Below are positions 25,681 through 36,999 of a stretch of 64,000 bases of DNA, in pieces. Positions within the stretch are counted from its first letter, which is position 1. Each line of letters begins with the position of its first letter. Origin of the DNA: Nymphon striatum (Eukaryota); the NCBI GenBank assembly GCA_016618385.1, contig JABFOP010000357.1, positions 415,545 through 479,544 on the forward strand, given 5' to 3'. Both the position numbers and the translations under genes were made by a program. Under the pieces are notes generated by a model, which saw only the letters and a list, made by a program, of their open reading frames with translations, did no database searches and was not told where the DNA came from.

Positions 25681-26567
25681 TAGGGGCCATTCAGAAATTA
25701 CGTAACGCCGTAGGGGGTGGGTCATGCTTAACAGAAATGTAGAAATCCAACCCATTATGACAGGAAATGTGGCCTTGGAACCAAGTTGATAGATATACTT
25801 ATTTAGGACAGCTTATCTCAATACACAGAGACTGGGAGCCTGAAGTGAGGCGACGTGTTGCCCTAGGTTGGCAAGCTTTCGGTCGCCTGAACAATGTTTG
25901 GCGCAGCAATGTTACCTCTCTGCTTGAAGCGGAAGGTATATGACCTAATGTATCCTGCCTGTACTAACATATGGGTCAGAGACCTGGGCAATTACAGATA
26001 CCCTGTTGAGAAAATTGGCGAGTGCACAACACAGTATGGAAAGAAGGATCCTAGGTGTGAGCTGGAGGGATAGAAAGACTAATAGTTGGGTGAGGACACA
26101 AACAGGGTGTAAAGATTTGACCCAGACAGTGAAGGGTAGCAAGTGGAACTGGGCCGGACACTTGTCCCGTAGAACAGACGATAGATGGACCACTAAATCC
26201 ACAATTTGGATAACAGATAGGGGAGGAAGAAAACGGGGAAAACCGAAGAGAAGGTGAGTAGATGATATAGCTAAGTTTGACAGGGATTGGGTGGATAGAG
26301 CTGCCGATAGAGAGGACTGGAGATCTAGACGGGAGGCCTTTGCTCAGCAGTGGGCCGGTACAGGCTGATGATGATGATGATGGGGGTGGGGTGTCTGGCA
26401 ACGTGTTACATAATACCATCAAGGTTGCCAGATTGGCCTTTTTAAGGCCAATTTTTGCAATTTCGGTCTATTTTAGAGGGATGAGTTCATACTTTTGTTA
26501 CGTAATTTTTTAGGGGGTTATGTCAATTTTGGCGAAAAAAGCATTACGTAATTTCTGAATGGCCCCT
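25681..26567 (+). mobile_element. Composite. It has an outer MITE-like shell with TIR AGGGGCCATTCAGAAATTACGTAAC. Inside, at about 25790..26377, sits a degraded RTE-type non-LTR retrotransposon ORF2 C-terminus (..ILGVSWRDRKTNSWVRTQTG..KWNWAGHLSRRTDDRWTTKSTIWITDRGGRKRGKPKRRW..DWRSRREAFAQQW) ending in a (GAT)n tail.
   Basis: The TIRs are at 25683 and 26543. The ORF2 C-terminal motif spans frames, so it is a pseudogene. A solo left-end copy of the shell is at 31105..31230. Confidence 0.7.
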
Positions 26568-28722
26568 TGTCTAGTTGATGTGCAAAGGGAAAACCTTTAA
26601 TATTAAAGTTTATTTTGAAACTACATAGATAAAATAAGATTTAGGGATTTTTAGGTGGAAGCCGATCCTTTCTAACAAATGTTTACTGTAACAGAGGTGT
26701 TATTCGGTGGATAACACCGCTTAATAATTGTGGAATTCGGTGCGGGTGTGTAATATCATCTCATTGGAATATCCTTGGATGGTGATAGTACACAGTAGTA
26801 GTGTGTATATCATTTGGATGGAAAAAATAAGGTTATTCCTAGGCAATAATATTAAACAGTAAAGACAAAGATCTTTGATTATAATAATAATAGGAATCAA
26901 ATATTCCTCCGCGCACAGTAACTGGACGCCATTGTTTTCTTGCGAGCTAAATACACCGAACGCTTTATTAAATATTATATATTGACATTATGATTATGAA
27001 TTTCAACCAATATGTACCATGATATTATGATGGCTTCGCTATGTCGTGGATACAACCACTAAGTCTGTACGCTTGTGTTATAATTATCTTGAAGAAACAT
27101 AATAAAAGTCCATTTTTAAAGTTCCGTTTTTGGATATATATGCTAGTGTTGTTGAATGATCTGCTGTTGTCTTCTTTATCCTCTAAAGGGTTTGTATACC
27201 CATGGTAGTGTTGTTGAGAGCCTGTAATGTGAGATAGTGGACAGAAACAGATTTCGAGTTTGTACACACAATGCTATTTGGACGTCGCATCCCTGTGACC
27301 CAGTGTTCTTTGCAGTGTTTACAGAAGCAAGTCTCAGAGGAGTTTGAAAGTGGGTAACTCTTTGATTTACACATATTTGGGTGTGAGGAGTGAAATATGT
27401 CCATAATAGAATAATTGAGGGCTCTTCTATATTAGTTAGATTTGCAGGAATAGTTAACATTTTGAGAATACAAAAAGTATGAAGGGCTATCATCGAGGAG
27501 AATGTAGTGAAAGGGAGAGGTTGCAGGGGATATTTTAAGCTAACCCCGGTTAGGGAACTTGGGAATGAAGAGGGGAGATGATGTAGGTACGGTACGTCCC
27601 GTGCCCGTCCCGTGGTACGTACGTGTGAGAGTATAAATCTATGGTGAGAAGAATAGATTGAAATAGAAAATAGAGGAGGAAATAAGTAAAGAATGCCAAA
27701 GTTTGTTGAAGAAAGATTGACTTGTTGGGTAAATCTTCTATGTTAGCTAGAGGGTCACACACAAATATATATACAATTTACGCTTCAGGGCAATACAGAT
27801 AATGCTGGATCCCATGCAAACAATAGCAAGCACCTATATATAAAATAGTCCGTCGGCTGGAGGGGCTCACCTTGCACCCCGCACCCCCCCCCCTAGAATC
27901 TACAAAGTAATGCTTTTCTGGAAGGTTGTTATGTATATTTAATTATTCTATATATGTTACCAAGCGAAAAATTGGGTCTCACTAACTTTTCTAGGTAGTT
28001 TACATGTGACTGTCACCACGAAGTGTGCGAAAAAAAATGGGGGTAGGGGAAATTAAAATGACCATAGCTCCAAGTAGAGTGGGTCTATAATAATGGTTGA
28101 CCCCTCAAAATGTGTCTTTGGGTCCCCCCTACACTTTGAACTTAGTTTTATGCAATTTAGATTAATTAGTAGGTCACCAGAGGTCAAAAGGTCACCGATT
28201 TCTGGGGTTGCTTGAAATTGGACACTCCTTCGTGAATTAAACTAAAAACAGATGATAACATGCAATACTTTTATTATAACACTTGGAATTCTTTATTTTA
28301 TATAAGATTTGACAATTATAAATCACCCATGTTTAATTATTTTAGTACAAAATACATACCTTTTTATTCAATGTCCTGTATTTTTTGGGACTCGGACGAA
28401 CCCTAAGTTATTTTAGGACTTTTCTCGTGGCGAGGAAGCCATTTGTGAGTGCATGTATGACTGGATGACCTCATGCCCGTAGCCAGGAGGGGGTGTTTAA
28501 GGTGCCCGGGCACCCCTCCAAAACAGCCAAAGGTCCACTTTGAAAAATTACACTTGAATATGCACTTTTAAAAAATGTTTCAAAAATACATATTTTTGGA
28601 TTCGCGCTCATTTTTGTGTTTCTGGTCAATTTTAATTTCCTGTCGTGAGCTTGCTTGTCCAGTTGAGCTGTAGTTGCAATTTTGTCCCTATAACTTGTCA
28701 TCATTGCAAATAAGTAATGTGT

Positions 28723-29333
28723 ATCACATAATAGGGCGTGTAAAAACGTGTTATAAAACGATTAACTTCTTAACGGTGAAAGATGTTTTTAATGGGTAGT
28801 CGATTTTAAGTGACAATAATCTTGAACAATGACAAATAGCTGTTAATAGTTTTCTTAATGGTTTTCCACTTTACTCAGATGTTTTTATTGCATTTGACTT
28901 GACCGGGTCCCCCTTTTAATGGCTTGACCGGGGGCTTCAATAATGTAATTTTTATTATCACTTCAAATAATACACATGATAAACACGTGATAAAAGTAAA
29001 AAGTAGATTTAATTTATTTACGAGCATTTTAAAGAAGCGACAGATCGGAAAATGTTTTTAATGATTTGGCCGGGGGCTCTTTGATAAAACCTTGCAATTT
29101 TCTTTATACATTTGTTCAAACTGAATCTATTTTAAATTAATTTAAATTAATTTTCAAAGCTATCTATCGATTATTTGATAAACAGAATACCAAACTCGTC
29201 CACGTCGTATACAGAATGTATGACGGGCGCTCATCACGTATCCTCTATATACTTTTTTCTTGAAACCGGTCCCAATATTCGAAAGAAGCACCCCCCCCCC
29301 CATAAAAAATAAAAAATCCTGGCTACGGGCATG
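28723..29333 (+). repeat. Second full copy of the 600-bp repeat
   Basis: Direct comparison. Confidence 0.75.
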
Positions 29334-29469
29334 TTCCTTCCTATCATCCCATCCACCAGTGACACTTCAACATACACACAGCTTTTTCATGCTGGATTCT
29401 ACTATATTATCTTCTGATATTTTGAATATTTAGCAATGTTGTTTAGCACTTGTATTTCCTGTGGCACTG

Positions 29470-30700
29470 CCAGTAGATAACCCAACTTTCGCTCCCGTAC
29501 AGTCTGTACGGGAGCGAAAGTTGGGTTATGACGAAGCTAGACAGGAGACGTGTGGATGCATTCGAGCTGTGGTGCTGGAGGAGAGTACAAAAAATACCTA
29601 AAATAACCAATACTGCTGTACTAATGGCAGCCTCACACCCAATGCCACTTGAGGCCAAAGCAGTAAAATGAAATTATCATATTTTGGACATGTGGTGCGG
29701 GAAAATGGGTTGCAGAAACAGGGGCGGATCTAGGGGGTGGATTGGGTGGCTAGCCACCCCCCCCCCTTGCAACTCAAAAATATTCCTGTATAAACATATT
29801 ATTTGTCTTTTTAACGCCCAACGTCATTATTAAATGAACTTCTTAGACGGCAGCATTTGAGCAACAACCTCAAAAAGGTTTCTTCATCTTCATCAGTTAC
29901 ATATTTGATTCAGCATCATGCAGACCTAGATGCAGACACTACATTTTTCCCAAATGTCCCAAGGGAGTTGCCCAGAGTTGCTGAGCATTCTTGCTGTATT
30001 GCCACTTGGAAGCTGTGAAGCCGAAAGGTCTTTTTCTTGTGTGCGGCGTATTCACTCGATTCACTCATAGCTTCGGTCATCTATGTCCACAGATAGATTA
30101 TCAGACCTTTGTGTGATACTAGTGCCATGCATGGTAATATCCCTGTTTCCATTGAGGAAATTGTCAACCGCTTTATTACATTACATCCACGTCGAATGCA
30201 GGGACAAAGTCTTTTCTCGTTGTAGTAGGCCTACTTTTGTCAAACTGCAACATCATGCTTTTTGTGACTACTAGTCTACCATTAATTTTGAACTTAAGGA
30301 TTTAGACGTAACAGTATACTTGAAGTAATGAATTATACTTATAGCAATGGTATATTTTGTGTGTTATTTTTTAAATATTATTATTATGTTTTTTATTGTA
30401 ATCTACAAAATCGAAATGGTTTATCTTTAATTTTGAGTAAAATTTAGAAACCAAAATATGATCTGTTTCACAAAAACGCATGCCGATAGGTGAAGGAAAA
30501 TTCCTAGATCCGCCCCTGAGAAAAGTTTAATGTTGGGAAAGATGGAAGGTCACCGAAGTAGAGGAAGACCACGGACAAGATGGATGGATGGCGTGTTAAA
30601 AGCAACTGGTAAAAGATTGGAAGAGCTAATGTTGGCGGCACAAGACAGAGTTAGCTGGAGGTCAACAGTTCATCAGGTCACCAATGGAAACTAACAACAA
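29470..30700 (+). mobile_element. LINE ORF2 C-terminal fragment (..RRRVDAFELWCWRRVQKIPKITNTAVL... / ..GKMEGHRSRGRPRTRWMDGVLKATGKRLEELMLAAQDRVSWRSTVHQVTNGN*), split by the hAT insertion at 29719..30518
   Basis: The conserved EGxRxRGRPxxRW motif is present. The two halves are contiguous once the hAT element is removed. Confidence 0.65.
29719..30518 (+). mobile_element. Non-autonomous hAT element of about 800 bp with TIR CAGGGGCGGATCTAGG. It carries a decayed hAT C-terminal dimerisation domain (..LPLGSCEAERSFSCVRRIHS..LRSSMSTDRLSDLCVILV..) and is inserted into an RTE-type LINE fragment.
   Basis: TIRs are read directly. The internal frame translation resembles the hAT ERSFS...RLS..L motif. The flanks are the two halves of a LINE ORF2 C-terminus. 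Confidence 0.7.
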
Positions 30701-31234
30701 GCAATGTTCGTATAAAAGTACAAAAGTACAAAAAAAGAAACACAAAACGATAAAATAAAACGATCTTATTCAATGGCTGAAATTGAATTAGGGCCTCGGA
30801 TACAGACAACAGCCACCCTTAAAAAACTGAAGCTGGTTTTTCTTTAAATCCAAGCAGATGTCTGAATATTAGAGAGGAAGTACTACTGTACTATATGTTA
30901 TATGTTATCCACTGAGGATGGCCTTGCAGGCCGAAACGTTTGTTTTGTTTTTTGTTTTTATGTTTTTAAATATACATTATAATGAAGTTCAAGCAAATCG
31001 TCTTTGCTCTCTTATTTATTTCTGGTATAAAGAAATTTACAAATCATTAGAGAGGAAGGCACGAGAACACAACATTTTCAATCATTTATGCCAAATTATA
31101 TACTTAGGGGCCATTCAGAAATTACGTAACGTCGGAGGGGTGGGGTGTCCACCCTAGTTTTACAGAGGGTTGGGGGGTGTTTGGCCAAGTGTTACATAAC
31201 ACCGTCAGGGTTGCCAGAGTGACCTTTTTAAATG

Positions 31235-32150
31235 GATACTCCACTCATTGGGTGTAAAAAAAAAATTCCCAATCCATGACACATATCGCTGGTTGGGAGC
31301 AAAAACATCGTATGTACCATTTTATTCAACTATAAGTCTATGACATAATCTTGTTTGGCAATGAACATCAGGGCCGGATTTACCTATAAGCTAAAAAAGC
31401 TATAGCTTAGGGCCTCAAGCCTCCAGGGGCCTATCAGGGCCCCATTATTCATTCCATATATGTGCACTGTATAATAGAAAAGGGCCACACAATTCAGATA
31501 TAGCTTAGGGCCTCAGCAAGGGTAAATCCGGCTCTGATGAACATGGATTCAATTTTTGCATGGTCGATGTGATTTTCGGCCTTGGGAGTGACACTAGAAG
31601 AGGGAAAAAAGATCGTATGTGCCAGAATATTCTTTTATTTAGAGTGAAAACATCGTAACTGAATTATTTGTGTGAATTCTTGCAAATGAGTTACGATGTG
31701 TTTGCTCTCAGCCAGCGATATATCAAAAAACAATTCCTGATTTGTAAACATTTTTTCTACTTCATTTAATATTTTTAAACGTATTTTAAAATCACCTACT
31801 TTGGATATCACGGCAGATGCCCACCGTACAACCGCATTTATTCAAGCCAAGGAGGAGGGTAAATGATGGTGAGCAGCCTCGGCTCGAATACATATGCTGT
31901 ATCCCTCTTCCACTAGCATAATTCTGAAAAGTATCCTCATCACTCGACGAATCTATATAAACGTCAGCCATCTTGATGAACTACTGAGCATTGAACACGT
32001 CACATATGTGACGTAACAATCAAAAATGGAAGATGCTGTGATATCCAAAGTAGGTGATTTTAAAATACGTTTAAAAATATTAAATGAACTAGAAAATATT
32101 TCAAAAAATCAGGAATTGTTGTTTGATGTATCTATATTTATAATTCTCAA
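31235..32150. mobile_element. Second copy of the 13436 MITE family, lacking its 3' TIR. It carries a nested hAT-like MITE at 31369..31536.
   Basis: The 5' TIR and internal blocks match 13436..13988. Confidence 0.6.
31369..31536. mobile_element. hAT-like MITE of 168 bp with TIR CAGGGCCGGATTTACC and a perfect 8-bp TSD ATGAACAT. It is nested in another MITE.
   Basis: TIR and 8-bp TSD are read directly. An 8-bp TSD is the hAT hallmark. Confidence 0.8.
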
Positions 32151-32948
32151 ATTTAGTTCAACAAATTTCCACCAGGATTCCTTACCTATTCGAATGCTCG
32201 GTTTTCCCCAAATTCAGCCTCTCCTGAGTCGCGTAGATCCGTCAACTTCTACACAATGCATGATAACTAAGTTGGAGTCGTCAAGTTGAAAACAAATTAA
32301 CGATTCCTCCGTTGTTTTGTATTTAATTAATTAAATAAAATTCTTCAAGGTTTCGTCTGTGGCGCTGCTATCCAGTATATGGAAGTTGTGACGATTTCTA
32401 TATTTTAGTATATTTTTAAGAAAATAATCAAAAATAATAAATAACCATTGCCATGAATATATTAATAATATTTATAAAGGTTTACAACACTTATTTTAAC
32501 AAAGAACTAGATTTAAACTAAATATAGCCGTGTAAAATGTTCATGGTTCAATTCATACTGTAGCCATATGTTAATTTTTTTCCCCTTAAATATTCTATAA
32601 CAGAATACATGGAATAGCAGCAGACTGTCATAGAGCAACTCAACTGCACAAGAAGGGAATTTTTTATTTAAACAACGCGGTTAAGTTTTTAGTACATATT
32701 TTTTAAAGTTAATATTATGTAAAAACGTTCCATATATATAGGTCGAATAAGTAGGTTTTTTGAATAACTTTTAATGATAAAATGTGTTGTGCAAAATCTG
32801 TAAAACTTAAAATCCTTTATCTACTGCGCTGTGTACAATTTTAAATGTGACCACCCGACACCTCCACCAACGTATACAATCACAACACAAATACTCTGAG
32901 TAATAGTCTTAGAGAACACTTTTATAAAACAGGTAATGGACAGAATAA

Positions 32949-33320
32949 GGCAAAAAAAAAAATGCTGTGTTTCCGGTAACGGTCTTCACAGACGGGAGGG
33001 TCGGTAGGTCGATTTTTTTTTTTATTTTTTTTTTTTTTTATTAACTAGAATTCCAAAACCATAACTGTACTTTCGATTTTAAACTTCCGCTCAACTACGC
33101 ACGTGCGCACAAGGAGGTGTAATGACACGAAAGGAATGGCTGTAGTTTGTAACGGATTTTTACTATTTAAAGCATTTTAGGAGGTAGTTTTTTCTTTACC
33201 ATTTCATGCATTTGACTATGTTTTTCCCGAATCATCATAAAAAAAATTCAGTCGGCGGTAAAATTACACGGTTGGTCGGGTTACCGGAAACACAACATTT
33301 TTTTTTTTTTTTTTTTTGGC
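32949..33320. mobile_element. MITE family B copy of about 370 bp
   Basis: TIRs are read directly. It is about 90% identical to 55877..56254. Confidence 0.8.
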
Positions 33321-33789
33321 ATAAGGTTTAAAAACAGTTTTATTCATAAAGCAAACGTTTCGGCTCACGGAGCCATCATCAGTGATGTTAGTTAAAATAT
33401 ATATTAAAACTGAAATTGATACAAAACAAAAAAAACGGATTACACCAAAATAGATAATAACAGAGTGAACAAATAAGAAACGAAACAAAAAACAAAAAAT
33501 GAAATACAAAAAATGTTTTTAAACCTTTACCTTACCTGTTTTATACAAATACTCTGCTATTGGGAAGCACTTAGAAACAAAACACAGTGTGGACAAGTCA
33601 TCACCCATTGATCACCTGTTCAAAGTGCTGAAAAAAATGCAAGACCAAGTTTGACTGCCTAATATACGAAATGGTATGCATCGGTCAAATGAAACCCAAC
33701 TTGAACACCCAAAGTGATTCTATTCTGGCGAAACTTTTTATTTGATTGTCTTTTTTATTTAATTCTGTTATTCAATTTTCAAGATGTCA

Positions 33790-34400
33790 GGTCACCTCCC
33801 CCCCCCCCACTCAAGTACATTTAGGGGCCGCATGCGCGTTCCGATTTTCTCGGGGAAAGGGGGGTATTTCCAAGGTAAAACTCGGGTGAAAAATCCCCGA
33901 GAAATCAAAAATAGGAGATTCATTTTAAGATCGAACCCTGAGAAATCAAAAATGGGGGTTAATTTTAAGATTGAACCCCGAGAAATCAAAAATAGGGGGT
34001 TAATTTTAAGATCGAACCCCGAGAAATTTAAAAAGGGGGGAGGGTGTTATTTCAAAAAATACATGTCCGAGATAGGAGGTCTACATAGTTGCCAAGTTTT
34101 TGTTTCCAATTTCATCTATCCTATTTTGGTTAATTTCATTATGTTTCAGACTGTGTACTGTGACAAGTGTCCACTCAAATACATGTATTAAAACTATCTA
34201 AAATGCCCTAGATTGTTAGAAAGAAAGGGGGTTAAAATATTTGAATCCCCTAGGAAGGGGGTGCCTGAATCCCTGAACCCCGATAAAGCCCGTGATAGGG
34301 AGGTAGAAAATTTGGCAAATGCCTTAGATAGGGGGTGCTTTGAAATATTGAGTACAAGCTGTGGCCCTCCCCTGTTTGCTGGGACTGGGGGGTCACTTCA
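33790..34400 (+). repeat. Third copy of the repeat family, with a 4-unit 37-bp minisatellite (CCCCGAGAAATCAAAAATAGGGGGTTAATTTTAAGATCGAA) at 33893..34040
   Basis: Direct sequence comparison. The other copies have about 1.5 minisatellite units. Confidence 0.7.
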
Positions 34401-34729
34401 AAAGTTTTTTTACTGCTCTTCTTCTGCCTTACAAGTTACAGCTTTTTATTCAACTAATTTACATACTTGAACAAGTTTTTGAAAGATGCTTTCAAACCAC
34501 TATTTCACATTTTATTGAAGATCTAATTTTATCACATAATAGAGCAGTTATTCTACTGATCTCAGTTGACATAAAAATGGTATAAACACACGTGTAAAAA
34601 CGTGTTTATAAAGCGATTAACTTCTTAACGGTGAGAGATGTTTTTAATGGATAACCGATTTAAAGTGACAATAATCTTGAACCAGGAGAGTTTGGGGGAG
34701 ATTTTTATTGTACTTCAAGTACAATAATC

Positions 34730-35118
34730 TCTTTCTTTTTTCTTTTTCTCTTCCTCTCTCTATTTCATACTTTCTAACCGAGTTCTCGGATTTCATTAAA
34801 TGTCTGAAACTCAATAGCCTACATTTCCCTTTCTTCACAATTTTCGTTTTTTTTTTTTTAGCTTGACTGGCACAAAATGAATCAATTTTAAAATCTATTT
34901 TAATTAATAAATTCATTTTTGAAGCTACCTGTCGGTTGTGCGATAAACAGAATATAAAATTCGTGCCCATTGCTTATGAGATGTATGGAACTCGCCAACT
35001 TAGTCCATGTATCTCGTAAGCAACGAGCACTCGATCATTCCATATCCTCTATTTATCGCACAACCTTGACTTTATTGCATGCATTTGAAGTTCTTATATT
35101 TCCTGTATAAGGACACGT

Positions 35119-35152
<34 letters not shown>

Positions 35153-35600
35153 TATAAGGACACGTCCCTATATTGGTGTTGATTACAGACACAGGGAGTC
35201 TGAGATTGTGAATGTTGCTTACCACAAATTTATTTTTCCTCTGTTTTTTTTTTCCCCCTTTCAAACATGTCGCTTCTGTATTCTAGACATGAATCATTTT
35301 TGTTTTTATCGTAACTTATCTCTCACTAGTCTGTCACTCTTTCTGTTTCTCTTCTTCTCTCTATTTCATACTTTCTAACCGAGTTCTCGGAATTCATTGA
35401 AGTGTTGAAACTTGTCCCCCTCCCGTTCTCCCCCTCTCACCCTCTCAACAATTTATATTCTATTTTTTAGCTTGACTGGCACAAAACGAATCAATTTTTA
35501 AATCTATTTTAATTAATAAATTCATTTTCAAAGCTACCTGCCGGTTGTGCGATAAACAGAATATAAAATTCGTGCCCGTTGCTCATTATACAGGTTACTA
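34730..35600 (+). repeat. Two tandem copies (a partial plus a full copy) of the 550-bp repeat, including a (TA)15 microsatellite at 35127..35156
   Basis: Direct comparison with 24693..25238. Confidence 0.7.
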
Positions 35601-35880
35601 GCAGGGTTGCTCGGCGTTGCTCGGACAAATAGAGAAAGTAAATGAAATTGACGAAATTGATACAATGACAGAGTTAAATAACATTTCTCACAGCTTTATT
35701 TGTTAGCAGGATATGTCATGTGCGGCAGTGAGAAGAAAACAAAAAATTGTGCTGTGACAAGATTGTTAAAATGAGATAAATACACTTGTGAATATTGCTG
35801 TATGATACTTTACATAAACTTTACATAAAAGTTGTGTGTACAGGCACCTCTGGACTGCTCAGCATTTTTCCTTTAGAATT

Positions 35881-36999
35881 TAAAGCTATAATTTGACCTT
35901 TGACCTTCTTTCTGAAGGTCAAGGCAATGGTCTCATTTTCATGCCCTTGATGTACCAAGTAAATCAGTGTTGCTACAAATACCAAAAAAAATGGAAATTT
36001 GACCTTCGACCCACTTTTTGAAAGTCATGGTCATTGTCTTATTTTAAAGCCCTTTATGTTCCAAGAAAATCAGACTTGGTCTTGTGTTGTTATCTTAAAC
36101 GAATTCTATGATATACGTCAGGGCTGTTCCAGGAAAAAATGTATAGGAGGGGAGGAACGACGAGCTATTTTTAGGGTACCACCTATGGAATTTTAATCAT
36201 TTTTTGGGGCCCCCCCCCCCATAGAATTTAATTTCAATTTTACAATTACAATTTCAATTTAAATACATTTTTTGGCCACTACCAAGAGAATTTTAATTAA
36301 AAAATACCCCCACCCACCGAATAAAAATAGCTCGTCGTTCCCCCCCAGACATTTTTTCCTGGAACAACCCTCAGTGAAAAATACCAAACAAATTTAATTT
36401 GATCTTTGACCTTTTTTCTGATGGTCAAGATAATGGTCTCATGTTCATGCCCTTGATGTACCAAGTAAATCAGTTTTTGTTTCGTCCTTTTATCTTTAAC
36501 GGTTCATAAGATAGCAAGGTCGATGGACTGAAAAACAAACAAACAGACAGACAGACAAACAAAAACAAAAATAATGTCAATTGACATTATTTTTGTTTTT
36601 GGTTTTTGTTTGTTTTTTGTTTAATGAGCATGCTCCCGATCTTCTGGGGAAGTTGTATATATCTTGTGTTGCTACTTTTAACCGATTCTATTATAAATCA
36701 GTGAAAAATACTAAAAAAAAAAAAAAAAAAATGGAAATTTGACCTTCGACCTGCTTTTTGAAGATCACGGGCATTGCTTTATTTTGAATCCTTTGATGTA
36801 CCAAGGAAATCAGATTTGATGTTGTGTTACTATCTTAACGGATTATATGATACACGACAGTGAAAATTACCAAAAAATCATAATTTGACATTTGACCTTC
36901 TTTCTGACGGTCAAGTCTCATTTTCATGCCCTTGATGTACCAAGTAAATCAGTTTTTGTGTTGTCCATTTATCTTTAACGGTTCCCAAGATACATAAAA
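35881..36999. repeat. Tandem array of about 5 units, each about 120-130 bp (AATTTGACCTTYGACC...GGTCA...CATGCCCTTGATGTACCAAGTAAATCAG...). It is interrupted by the MITE at 36119..36374 and a palindromic (CAAA/CAGA)n block at 36530..36620.
   Basis: The units are read directly at 35881, 35996, 36395, 36735 and 36885. Confidence 0.75.
36119..36374. mobile_element. Palindromic MITE with TIR CAGGGCTGTTCCAGGAAAAAATGT, inserted inside the 125-bp tandem array
   Basis: The two halves are near-perfect reverse complements. The insertion interrupts one satellite unit. Confidence 0.65.

Noticed and set aside
26006-26422. ORFs 26006..26257(+), 26051..26422(-) and 25945..26202(-)
   Set aside because: They overlap the degraded RTE LINE tail. 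Only the + frame carries the LINE motif and it is frameshifted. The minus-strand ORFs are antisense artefacts.
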